64,000 bases of DNA from Felis catus (GCF_018350175.1 NC_058368.1:90460001-90524000), one strand, 5' to 3'. Positions 48,942 to 59,975 are shown, counted from the first letter of the stretch. Notes: a model not told the origin generated them from the letters alone. Numbers and translations: made by a program.

Positions 48942-49033
48942 GGCCCCACGGACTGCGGAGCGGGCTCGCGCGCGGCGGCGGGTCTTCCTCCGGCCCCGCT
49001 CGGCCCGACCCGGGCCGGCGCTCGCTGCCCACC

Positions 49034-49096
49034 TCAGGCTTCGGCCTGTCCCCGCCGCCCCGGCCCCATTGTTTTCCGCGCCGCCGCCGCCGCCAT
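49034..49096 (-). other. uORF1 in MAML1 leader: MAAAAARKTMGPGRRGQAEA*
   Basis: AAG-ATG-G start at 49096, second in-frame ATG, TGA at 49034-49036; depends on TSS lying upstream of it. Confidence 0.55.
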
Positions 49097-49887
49097 CTTA
49101 AAATTGTTTTCAGGGCCCTCGGAAGAGGGCGGGGCCCCGGCAGGCGACCCCGGCGTCACGGCTGATGAACAGGCACTGCGGCCAATCAGAGCAGGAAGAG
49201 CGGGCCGCCCGAGGGGCGGGGGCTAGCACGCAAGAGGCGCGCTGGGGCTCCCGAACTAGTTTAAAAGGAACTCTCAAGTGAGGGGCGGTGGGAAGCCCCT
49301 GGGCGGGCCTCAGTGCTGGGCACCGAGCCAAGTATGACCGACAGGAGCCGGTCCTAAACACCACCCCTAGCCCTCAGGCCCTTCCGGGCCCGCGGAGAAA
49401 AGGGGCAGTCCGCGAGGCGTTAACTGCCTGACCCAGACGCCTGCCTGGCACTGCAGCGCTTCACCATTTTCTCCTCCTACAGCCTTGTTGAATTGTTTTG
49501 ATGAACTCTAAAGTAGCCACGCTTTTTCAACGTCAGCTGTTTTTCGACGCATTGCTTACATCCGGCCTCATAATTGGTCAGAATTGTCCACGAGTGTGCT
49601 GTGCTGGAAGAGCTTTCTTCTAGCACCATTACGAATCACGGGGACTGTCAATTTCCACTTAATACAAAAGTTTGAACAAGTTTCAAAAGTCCTACTTAAA
49701 AACAACAACAAAAAAAAACCCAGGGAGCCTGGCCTGACAGTTAAAGGATTATGGCTTAGGTAAAATTGAGTCACTCAAATAACCCAACCAGGGACAATTA
49801 CGTTCTAGTATTATAACTAGTAGGCATACGGGGTGAGAGACGGGGTAAAAACAGGAGCAATGACTCAGTACTAAAACTAGGTATTAA

Positions 49888-50008
49888 GGGGCACCCAACT
49901 AACTCAGTGGGGCCAGCGACTCCTGATCCTGGGGCTGTGAGTTCCAGCCCCACGTTGGGTGTGGGATTACTCAAAAATAAACCTTAAAAAAAAAAAAAAA
50001 AACAAAAA
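49888..50008 (+). mobile_element. Short/old Can-SINE upstream of the MAML1 promoter
   Basis: GGGGCACC...GAGTTCCAGCCCCACGTTGGG..., A tail; AAAACTAG duplication. Confidence 0.75.
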
Positions 50009-50159
50009 CCGGAAAACTAGCTACTAAGCCTGCGTTGGCTCAAGAGATACTAAGAAGTTATTAAGGGCACCCTAACTGCTAAAAAGTTAAACAGGAGGCG
50101 CCAGGAGGCTGTTAGTGGAGAGGCACCACCAACTGGTCAAACATTTGTTACAGTAACGT

Positions 50160-50312
50160 TTTACTAGGGCCCACAAAAATGTTTTATTTTAAAATCAGGA
50201 GAAAAAAATTCTTATTCAAATAGTATTTTATACAAATGCAGTTAAAAAAAAAAATACAAAGTGGCCCAAGACAAAAGCGTCTAGAGCTCATGAAAGCCAT
50301 ATCATGGTCCTG
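50160..50312. mobile_element. MER96B-like hAT MITE between CANX 3' UTR and MAML1 promoter
   Basis: GGGCCCACAAAAATGTTTTATTTTAAAATCAGGAGAAAAAA...CATGAAAGCCATATCATGGTCCTG resembles MER96B (recall). Confidence 0.5.
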
Positions 50313-51232
50313 CCTTTTTTTTTTAACCAGTCTTCAAACATAATAATAGTAACTAAGAGTACTACACTCTGTGTACTTCTCTTCCAGTAAGTAACCCAAA
50401 AGCCTAAAGGCACATTTTAAAGCAGTTTTGGCCCAACTTTCAGAAACATCCTTCAAATACGTAAGAATATGTAAAAGAATCTGATTCTGAACAAATTCTC
50501 TAAAAAGTTCAATGAGTCCAATAAATCTTAAAGAATATTATCTACAAATTACTGCCCCCCCCCTTTCCTGCTATCCCTGTTATATATACAACAGAAACTA
50601 CTGACCCCCAATCCAGCAGAAAAAAAAGGCAAAGTCTACACTGGTGAGATGAAATAATTACTCAATTGTCCATATTTTCTGCAGTAAAACACTTGAATTG
50701 ACAGTTACCATGAAGAAGTTCAGTCAAAAGCAGACACTTAACACAGGCCTTTAATGTAACACCATTTAGTGACGTGACAATTTGAGGAAAATGCAGAGAA
50801 TATTTTGTGGGTAAGAGAAATTGAGGAATACATCTGACGGAGTGGGTATTTTACAACAATTTGACAAATAGCCAGCTTGTTAAATTATAATGTAAGTGCT
50901 TTTGAAGAGCTAAACACTGCTGGTCGTTCATTAATGTGTCAGACATTTAATTAGAAGGCTGCACCTTCAACAAAGAGTGAAAAAGAGAACCAAGAAAAGG
51001 CTTTTTTCTTTTCTTTCTTTCTTTTTGGGCAAACTTTGCTAAATAATCCTGGAAAGGCAAATGAACACTAATTTATACTTGCCATTAGCTGGAAGAAACT
51101 GTTAAGTGAGACACGAGACGGAGCGTCAGAGAGTGAGGAAGGCAGATTTCTGGAAATGCAATGATCCCACACATTTGCTTCAAGGAGAAACCTACAGACA
51201 TATTTTCAGGTCTTGCTAAGTAACTGTTTATT
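50183..51232 (-). terminator. CANX: CANX candidate poly(A) signals: AATAAA 51227-51232, ATTAAA 50750-50755, AATAAA 50183-50188
   Basis: TTTATT / TTTAAT hexamers on the + strand. Confidence 0.6.
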
Positions 51233-53041
51233 TGCACTCAATACATTTGGGAAAGTCTGCTACATAGCTACGGTCACTGTGACCACAGAACAATAGATGA
51301 AAAGGATAAAGCACTGAACAGCAAGAAAAATTCATCCCACCCTCCTAAGAATTTCAGTGAACCAGTAAAAAATTTAAGATAAACAAAATAAACAGATACA
51401 GCCTTCATCTCTTACGAATATACTTCCTCCCCGAATCTCCCCAATATAAACACTTTGGAGTGTTTATATATATTCAGTGCAAGAAACAGTATCATCGGTA
51501 CATTTGAAACACCTCTGAAGAAAGAATAAAGCTAAAACAATTCTGAATACATTTCAGTGTGGTGTAATAATGATATCACACTATAGTGATGGGGGAGAGG
51601 CTCCGATAGCACCCATCTGCATTCCACATGAAAAAAACAAATCTAAGATCACTTTTTAAAAAATTCTACAAGCCACATTAAAAAAAAAAATTGCTTAAAC
51701 AGGACTGCTTTATCATGTAATTTAAGACACAAATGTTACATGAACTGCAAATGAAGACTTAAAAAGGTTAGCAGCTACAAAAAATCAGGTAAATCATGCT
51801 ATATGTCACTCCTCCCATAAATACTTTTAGCCTGTGTTCAATTACAGTCAATTCTGAATTGGCTCGCCTCTGGCTTAGACTTCTCAAGCCTTTACACAGA
51901 GTAAAAGAAATGGATAAAAATGAAAGACAGTATTCTATTCTGTACTTTGACCCTGGAAAGGTGTGGGTCTGCTTAGAAAAGGAAGAAGAAACATACACTT
52001 AATCACATAAAGCTTAACACTATGCGGAGCTTTATAATCATTTTCAGCAACGGACTGCAAGCTGCGCTGTGAAGAAAATGCATAGCAGAGGAGAAAGCTG
52101 GGAACTGGGGAAAACAGGGAAGGAAACAGTGTCAACACAGTGGAAGAAGTGACGAAACATCTGCATCTACTTGGGAGCTCCCATACCCTGGGAGCATTCC
52201 TTAAAAAGCCACCTGCTCCAGAAGGTTGGAGCCCAGACTCTCCCAGTTTGGGAAGCATGACTGCCCGAGTGCCATACTATGCCACCTCCTCCACCGACTG
52301 CAAAGCTGTCTGGGAACTGGGCTGTTCCAAGGGCAACAGAACACACGCACTTTATGGTCTAAACCAACAAGAGGAAAAATTTCTTCTTTCTGTATGTCTA
52401 TTTTTAATACAACTGAAACAGAACCCTTCTATAAATTTGGGCTGCCATCCAATCCATCTCCTCAATTTCCTTAGGAGGAATTGAGTGATGGAAGCAAGCG
52501 AAACAAGATTATAACCACAAACTACTGCACTTTAAACATGATTATCAATTTTAAGGGACAGACACACTTGAAGGTTTCTTAATACCAAACTTAGAAAACA
52601 AATTTGGTGATAAAAACTGCAATTCATCCCCCTAGCACTTCTAAAAGTTGGTGTTACTTCTGCATGGACAGATTAATATATTAAATTAAGCCAAGATTTT
52701 TAAAGACTGGCAAAGTTCTACCACTCTATTTTAAAAAACAAAGATGTTTCAAAACAAAACAAAACAAAATACAAGTTAGTTGCTTCATGTTACGTTTCAC
52801 AACCATTAATGTTAAATGCTTTCTTTCTACAAAAACAGGGTCCTTTAGGTCTCAACTGCAATTATTTACTGCTTAGATGTTTAAAATTACACGGGCTAGT
52901 GTTCGACTGGAACCTGTTGATGGTGACGTCTGGAGGTTTTCTTAGTTTCAACCTAAGGTGTGCCAGGGTCCTCTCCTAGGACCACACTTGCAGGGGAAGG
53001 GGAGGGAGAGGAAATCACAGATCAAGTTCTTTAAGATTGTT
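50730..53041 (-). other. CANX: CANX 3' UTR (AT-rich, SINE-free)
   Basis: Follows the stop codon; AATAAA at 51227-51232 and ATTAAA at 50750-50755 on the minus strand; end inferred. Confidence 0.7.
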
Positions 53042-53095
53042 TCACTCTCTTCGCGGCTTTCTGTTTCTTGGTGATCTGTTCAAAATTTCATCCTC
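53042..53095 (-). CDS. CANX: Calnexin last coding exon with RKPRRE ER-retention tail, stop TGA
   Basis: CCAACAG|GAG acceptor; EDEILNRSPRNRKPRRE*; 54 nt. Confidence 0.96.
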   Translation of the reverse strand, partial: EDEILNRSPRNRKPRRE

Positions 53096-53849
53096 CTGTT
53101 GGATGAAAAAATAACAAATTCACTGTAAGCAGCATACTTTATAAACAAGTAAAACTTCACCAAGTTTTCAAGATTTGTCAGGCTGAGTGAGAGTAACCCA
53201 TCTGAGGAAAGAAGAGAATAAAAATCTTTAGAAGAAAGTGCACCAAGAACAAGTGTCTCAGAGGCGGTGGGGTTATGTGCGTTCTAATTTAATCTGTACT
53301 GTTTTCTACAGACAGGCACTTTCCTCAATCTAACTCCTAAACGTTTTCTTTAAAAAGGACCAGATGCCATGCTTTCCCCACATTATCCTGTTCGATCCTG
53401 AATAATCTACTGGCCTGTGGGCACATTAGCCCCACTTTGAGGCTTCTCTGAGAAAGACGGGATATAAGAGGATGGAAGACTATCCCAGCAGTCCCACACG
53501 ACACTCTAGATGACAAGCTCAGGGCCTCATTCTACTCTATGGAGCGACTTCTTATATTGTGAGGAAGACTGGTGGATATAAAATATGTATGTGAGACTCG
53601 TCCCTACCTGAAAGAAGAGCATTTAGTTGAAACTCTGCATTCTACTTGAGACAGGCTATGGCCATAGAAAATATAAACAGCATTGACCTTTATCGATGGA
53701 GGGGCAGAGGTGCAGAAGCTAGAATGGAAACTGGGTAAGGTTTTCCAGCAAAGAGCAAACTGAAACAGAGATATGCTTGGAAAAGGGCCCTAAGAAAGGT
53801 GTAGACAATTCTCTTTCCCTCGTACCTCTTACCAATTCACCCAAAACCT

Positions 53850-54530
53850 GGACCCGGAAGCCCAGTGAGTTCTCAGACCTTCCTCTCCTATCACCTGGCT
53901 AGAGCCACCATATCTTGCCTGCATTATCACAGCAGCCTCCTAACTGTTCTCACTGATTCTCCCGTCTGTAGAAAACACAGCAGCCAGAGTATTCAGATCC
54001 TGTCACTCCTGTGCCCTAAAGCCTGCAATGGCTGCCCATTTCACAAGAAGGAAAAGCCAAGCTCACATTATGGCTTGGGAGGTCCCACTTAATCTAGAGC
54101 CTTCCCCACCCCAACCCCCCACCCCCCCAATGGCCGCACTGGTCCTCTAGACTACTACTTCAGGCCACTGTACTGGCTGTTCCCTCTGCCAGGAATGCTC
54201 TTCCTAAGGACATCTCCACGGCAAAGTCCTGTATCTCTTTTAAGTCTGCTCCAGTGTCACTCTTCCATGAGGCCTACCATCCCTAACATTGCAACCCATC
54301 TCACCTCCGGTACTTCTAATACCCTTTCCTTTCCTACTTTGATTTTTCAGGCCCTATAGTTTCCTAACATACTATTCATTCATTTCCTTATAATGCCTCT
54401 TGCTTATTGGCTATTTCTTCCTACTGGAATTTATGCTCCCCAAAGGCAGGGTATTTTTGTTTCTGTCTTGTTCGCTGGCAATGTGCAGCACATGATGGGC
54501 ACTCCAGAAATGTTTGTTGAATGGATGAAT
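53850..54530 (-). mobile_element. L2 fragment
   Basis: CTGGCTGTTCCCTCTGCCAGGAATGCTCTTCC...AAATGTTTGTTGAATGGATGAAT (L2 3' terminus). Confidence 0.65.
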
Positions 54531-55192
54531 CCATGAGTAACAGGGATAAAAATTTTAGAATACAATTATTTGCTCAAAAAATACTTTTTATTCCCTCCTA
54601 ACCACTAGACCTCTAGTGAAGGAAATACTTTTTAAGGGCACAGCAAGGAGAGAGGAGGCAGATGTGTTACATTAATAACCTGAAGTTACCATCTTAAAAA
54701 CACTGTATTGGTTTTCCCCTAAAACCTTCTGCTTATTCCAGAAAACCATTTGTAGCACAGAAAAATACTTCCGAGATTCAGATATAGTTTAAAATTAACC
54801 AATAAAATGTGTACCTGTCCTAAGAATTCCACTTTTATAAAACTAATTCTAACACATTTTTTTAATTGCCACAGCAAATGAAAATTACCCTATGAAAGTA
54901 CCCCCTCTCTAGGGGCACCTGGGGCTCAGTCAGTTGAGCATCCAACTTCGGCTCAGGTCATGATCTCACAGTCCAGGAGTTCGAGCCCCACGTCGGGCTC
55001 TGTGCTGACAGCCCAGCCTGGAGCCTGCTTCAGATTCTGTGTCTCCCTCTCTCTGCCCACCACCTCACACTCTGTCTCTTTCTCTCTCAAAAAATGAACA
55101 TTTAAAAAACCTTTTTAAAAATGCCCCCTCTAGGGAAATGTACTTTCACTTGAGTTGCTTGAGATATAAACTGTACTTTTCCTTCGTATTAC

Positions 55193-55272
55193 CTCTGCTT
55201 TAGGTTTTCTATCCTCCTCCTCTTGACTGACAGTGCCACCATCTTCTTCAGCATCACTTTTCTGCTTCTCTT
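55193..55272 (-). CDS. CANX: Calnexin coding exon (probably exon 14)
   Basis: TCTTAG|AA acceptor; (E)EKQKSDAEEDGGTVSQEEEDRKPKAE; GAG|GTAATA donor; 80 nt, phase 1-0. Confidence 0.95.
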
Positions 55273-55440
55273 CTAAGACAGAAATCAAAAGTACAACAAA
55301 CTGAGCGAAACCTTATATTTGTTTTTGGTAATTAGCCCATTAGCATTAGAACATGCTTCAACATTCAAAAGCAATCTTTATTGTTTGAAAACACCTTAGG
55401 GTCTTAGCTTAAAGCAGATATTCTGGGGCCTACTTCTTAC

Positions 55441-55567
55441 CAAGTTTTTCTTCACCTTCCTCCTCCTCGTCTCCCTTGTCCTTTTCCTCTTCCTTCTCTT
55501 CTTCTTCCTCCTTCACATCTGGTTGAGGGGCATCAGTTTTCTTATATTCCACAGGACTTGACTGTTT
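55441..55567 (-). CDS. CANX: Calnexin coding exon (probably exon 13): acidic cytosolic tail
   Basis: TTTCAG|AAA acceptor; KQSSPVEYKKTDAPQPDVKEEEEEKEEEKDKGDEEEEGEEKL; G|GTAAGA donor; 127 nt. Confidence 0.95.
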
Positions 55568-56530
55568 CTGAAATATTCCCCCAAAATGCAACAATTTTGC
55601 TTATGCTTTTATGTTAACATCTACAAACTAAGTTCTATACGAGGCTATATACTGGTAAAATGAGTTAAGATACATAGGGGTGCCTGGGTGGCTCAGTCAG
55701 TTAAGCATCCAACTCCTGACTTCGGCTCAGGTCATGATCTCCCAGTTCGTGAGACTGAGCCCTGCACTGGGCAGTGTGCTGACAGGGCAGAGCCTGCTTG
55801 GGATTCTCTTTCTCCTCTCTCTGCCCCTGTCCTCCAAAATAAGTAGATACACTTAAAAAAAAAAAAAAGGTTTAAAAATGAGGTAAGATGTAATTCCTGC
55901 CCTGAGAGTTTTCTCTTCAGTGAGCATGTGTGCAGGTCAAGGGCAGAAGAAACAGTAAGAACAAAGGGTGAGAACAAAGAACGAAACACACCCAGTGCAA
56001 GGTGAAACATAATCCTCACTTAATAGAAGTAGAGCATTTAAACAGAATTTTCTTGCCCTTTTTTTTTTTTCTGGAGTGCACACAACAAAGACTAAACAAG
56101 AAAAACTAAAAATAAGGCTGGATTACTCCCAAATGTATTTTGGCGGGGAGGTAGGGATGCTGAAGGAAGAATGCATAATGAAAAAAAATAAACGACTGAA
56201 TTGTAAAGTATATGAAAACAGCTATCCTAGGAAGAAAAGCTGGTTTGGGCCCAGATGGCTGGTTCTATACCTAAGTTGTTGTGTTTTCTGTTTTTGTTTT
56301 CCAGAAAGCTGCTGCCAAATATTATGGAAGGGCAATATTGCAGGCGTAAGTACTTACTAGAAACTGAAGGGCTATAAATCCTCCTCCCATCTGGGCACAA
56401 TAAATGGCCACTGAGAGTAGGGAGTAAGGTTCCAGGTGTGGCCTACTCATTACTGATCTCAGGCAACAGATCTTAGTTATATTTAATATGAGTTCTTTCT
56501 AAAAGTGACTAAAAAAAGAAAAACTCATAC

Positions 56531-56650
56531 CTTTCCAGAGCAGCAGAAGAGGATAACAAGAAACACAGGCAGAGCTACTGTCAGGATGTAGACCACCCAG
56601 AGCCACGGGCGCTCCTCGGCCGCCTCAATCATCTGCCCCACCACACCTGG
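56531..56650 (-). CDS. CANX: Calnexin coding exon (probably exon 12): transmembrane helix and juxtamembrane Cys-Cys
   Basis: TTCTCAG|CCA acceptor; PGVVGQMIEAAEERPWLWVVYILTVALPVFLVILFCCSGK; AAG|GTATGA donor; 120 nt. Confidence 0.96.
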
Positions 56651-57543
56651 CTGAGAAACAGGATGAGACGGAGCTCAGGTCCTTGTTTTTGACACCAAAT
56701 ACATAGGTGGCACCGTTTCGCTGTTTAACCTCTGTATGGCACTACTCCCTTGTCAAAGGGTTTGAGCCAAGACAGTCATACAACATAAAAAGGAAATAAG
56801 AGAAAGTCTCCATTTTCCCCGCTTTTACCATTAAGGTGGTTTCCCTTGCACAGGTGTGAAAGCAGGTTTCTTAATCACCTGCCAGAGGCCCCCTTAACCT
56901 CACCGCCAGTGAATGAATGATTTCTTGATCTCAATTATCTCTGGCTCTCGCACTCACAGCTTGGCCATATGGCCGCTTGTGTGAAAATTCCATATATTGG
57001 TAAACCATGATTCAACATTTAAGAGTGCATTAAAATATATCCTAGGGGGCACCTGGGTGGCTCAAGTGGGTTAATTGTCTGACTCTTGATTTCAGCTGAG
57101 GTCGTGATCTCACAGTTCATGGGATCGAGCCCCGCGTCAGGCTCTGCGTGGACAGCACAGAGCCTGCTTGGGACTCTCTCTCTCCACCCCTCCCAACATG
57201 TGGTCACATGCTCTTTCTCTCTCTTAAACATTAAAGAAAAAAATTTTTAATTAAATACACACATACCCTAAATGGCAAATTTTGTTAAATATGCTTTAAC
57301 AAAGTAAAAAAAAACTACCCTACACATAACACAAATAGGGAATCTGAAGCCATCATGTCAGACTGGTGAAATCATGTCCAAACACCTGGTATTTTGTTTT
57401 TAGCAGGCATACAGTCACACATTTTATGCCACTATTCCCAAATAAGGTAAAAGACAAATCCTAGAAGATAGCCTGTCACAAAAGAAACAATTTGTTACTT
57501 GCAATAACAGACATAAATGCGTAAGAAACAAGTAAGCACAAAC

Positions 57544-57759
57544 CTCAGCAGCTCCGTCGGCAGCTTTCTTCAGGCCCCATCCATCATTGGCCCAATCATC
57601 AACTACTCTTCGATCACCGCAAATAATAAAGTTGTCAAAAAAAATGTCTGAGGTCATGGACCACAGCTCCAAACCAATAGCGCTAAAAGGAGTCATTTTG
57701 AAAGGTTCCAGATCTTCAAAGAAGTCTGGATTTGGTATTTTCCGGGGCTTCCAGATTCC
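57544..57759 (-). CDS. CANX: Calnexin coding exon (probably exon 11)
   Basis: CTCTAG|GGA acceptor; [81 protein letters not shown] donor; 216 nt. Confidence 0.96.
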
Positions 57760-58919
57760 CTAGAGAAAAATTTTAAAAAATCACTTCAGATAATGAACAA
57801 CACAAACTTATGGTGAACCTAAATAAGAATTAAGATGAATTCTGTATGATCAATGAAGGCCAAGTGCCGACTTTGTAAAACTCAACTGAGCAACAGGAAG
57901 AAAACAATAAATGCTACTGACGCCTCTAAGATGTCTGGATTCCAACTACTTTCAATTTCTAACATCACCCATGACCTTGATCCAAACCAACACCTCGCTC
58001 TGCCTGGCACATTCCAACAGACTCTTATCAATAAACAGCCTTGAACAAGTACAGACTTGTCCAGTAGTGATTTAAAATGTACATGACCTTCAACCAGCAA
58101 TTTTACTTCTTGATAACTAGCTAGAGAAATGGTTATCACATACACCAGACATGTTCAAGGATGATTACTGCAGAAAGGACGCCAAAAGCAAAAATGGCAA
58201 TCCACCTAAATGGCCATCCACAGAACAGTTAAAGGCACTTTTAATTAAAGGGCAATTTTAATTTATCTTATTGCTTGACTGCACAATTAAAAATACACTT
58301 ACAAACAGAAAAGTACACACATAGTGTATGCACAAAGACAGAGACCTATGCCTTACATTTTAAAGGGAACCAAGTGGAAATTAACAATGACACATCATCT
58401 GACTAGGACAGAAACAGCAAGACAGACCAGGGTCTAAGTGGTTACATGTTTGTAGTGAAGTTGCAGCTTTATAGCATCACTAGCTCTATTCTGAGCATTT
58501 TATATTTGCATCTCACAGTCTTTTCACAGCTGAAATACTAGGTGAAGCAATGACCGGACTCAGGGTCGGGGAGCCCCTTCCCACGTCAGGGCTCTATCCA
58601 CCCCATTCCATGGATTGCTGGTTTGGATCCAGTGGCTGCAACACCCCCACCACACAACATAAGGGTGCCCAAATCACAAGTTTTCCATTTTTCTTTTCCT
58701 TTTTTAAACACAAGTTACAAAGCAATTAGGAAAGCTCTTCCTTCCAGTTTCTAGGTTTATTTTTTCAACACTTAACATATAAACTCTCTCTCAATTCGGC
58801 AGTTTGTTCTTAATTCAATAGTCTGAATACAGTGATCCACCTTAAGGCCTCACTACAAACAAAACTTCTATCCAAACAAACAGATCAGTGAGGCAACTCA
58901 ACCATCAAGAGGCACAAAC

Positions 58920-59076
58920 CTGGTAGTTAGGATTGTCAATCATGGGAGGCTTCCATTTGCCTTTATAATTAGGGTTGTCAATCATAGGTCGCTGCCAGAG
59001 ACCACACCCAGGGGCCGACTCACACTTAGGGTTGGCAATCTGAGGAGCCTCCCATTCTCCATCCATATCTTCATCC
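58920..59076 (-). CDS. CANX: Calnexin coding exon (probably exon 10): P-domain type-2 repeats
   Basis: CCACAG|G acceptor; [61 protein letters not shown] donor; 157 nt. Confidence 0.96.
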
Positions 59077-59250
59077 CTGTGGAGAGACAAATTACAAATG
59101 GATCCTGTGACGCAGGACTGATGGCCATGCCAAGGTTCCCCTGAAATCCTGCAGAAATTCTTTCACGGTGTCATACTATGATGACACTGGAGTACCATCT
59201 TGTTTCTGCATTTCCAGTAACGTGACAGTCACGTTAAAAAAGACAAACAT

Positions 59251-59694
59251 GGGGGCGCCTGGGTGGCGCAGTCGGTTAAGCGTCCGACTTCAGCCAGGTC
59301 ACGATCTCGCGGTCCGTGAGTTCGAGCCCCACGTCGGGCTCTGGGCTGATGGCTCGGAGCCTGGAGCCTGTTTCCGATTCTGTGTCTCCCTCTCTCTCTG
59401 CCCCTCCCCCGTTCATGCTCTGTCTCTCTCTGTCCCAAAAATAAATAAACGTTGAAAAAAAAAAATTTAAAAAAAAAAAAAAAAAAGACAAACATGGGGG
59501 TGCCTGAGTGGCTCAGTCGGTTAAGCGTCCGACTTTGGCTCAGGTCATGATCTCATGGTTCGTGAGTTCGAGTCTCGCATCAGGCTCTGGGCTGACAGCT
59601 CAGAGACTGGAGCCTGCTTCAGATTCTGTGTCTCCCTCTGTCTGCCCCTCCACTGCTTGCACTCTGTCGCATTGTCTCAAAAATAAATAAACAT

Positions 59695-59755
<61 letters not shown>

Positions 59756-59975
59756 AAAAGACAAATATGAGGATGCCTGGGTGGCTCAGTCAGTTAAGTG
59801 TCCAACTTCGGCTCAGGTCATGATCTCTCAGTTCATGAGTTTGAGCCCTGAGTCGGGTTCTATGCTAACAGCTCAGACTGGAGCTTGCTTCAGGTTCTGT
59901 GTCTCCCTCTCTCTGTCCCTCCCCTACTCACACTGACTCTCTCTCTCTCTCTCTCAAAAAAAAAAAAAAAAAAAA
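59251..59975 (+). mobile_element. Three head-to-tail Can-SINEs (59251-59486, 59496-59759, 59769-59975) sharing one target duplication
   Basis: AAAAAAGACAAACATG occurs four times as spacer and flank. Confidence 0.93.
59698..59755. repeat. (TAAA)n tetranucleotide repeat derived from a SINE tail
   Basis: Read directly. Confidence 0.9.

Larger units (their letters stand above)
48400..49460 (-). promoter_or_regulatory. MAML1: MAML1 CpG-island promoter and 5' leader
   Basis: Very GC/CpG-rich; YY1-type AAGATGGCGGC (49089-49099, minus), GC boxes (~49127-49134, ~49214-49221), CCAAT (49182-49186), CRE half-site CGTCA (49154-49158); TSS inferred near 49100. Confidence 0.85.
54912..57243 (+). mobile_element. 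Three separate Can-SINEs in CANX introns (54912-55120, 55677-55868, 57045-57243)
   Basis: Heads, CT tracts, A tails. Confidence 0.85.

Noticed and set aside
48836..48949. 38-aa N-terminal extension of MAML1 implied by the ORF track
   Set aside because: The track start at 48949 is GTG; the recognisable protein starts at ATG 48835 and a strong out-of-frame uATG lies 8 nt downstream of the GTG
48159..49226. Several long overlapping ORFs (150-253 aa) on both strands around MAML1 exon 1
   Set aside because: Expected stop-codon scarcity in a CpG island; mostly non-ATG starts and low-complexity Arg/Gly/Ala/Pro products
12527..59495. Recurrent near-identical short ORFs (GAPGWRSRLSVRLQPGHDLAVREFEP..., MAQSVKRPTLAQVMIS...)
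   Set aside because: Translations of Can-SINE copies, not a gene family
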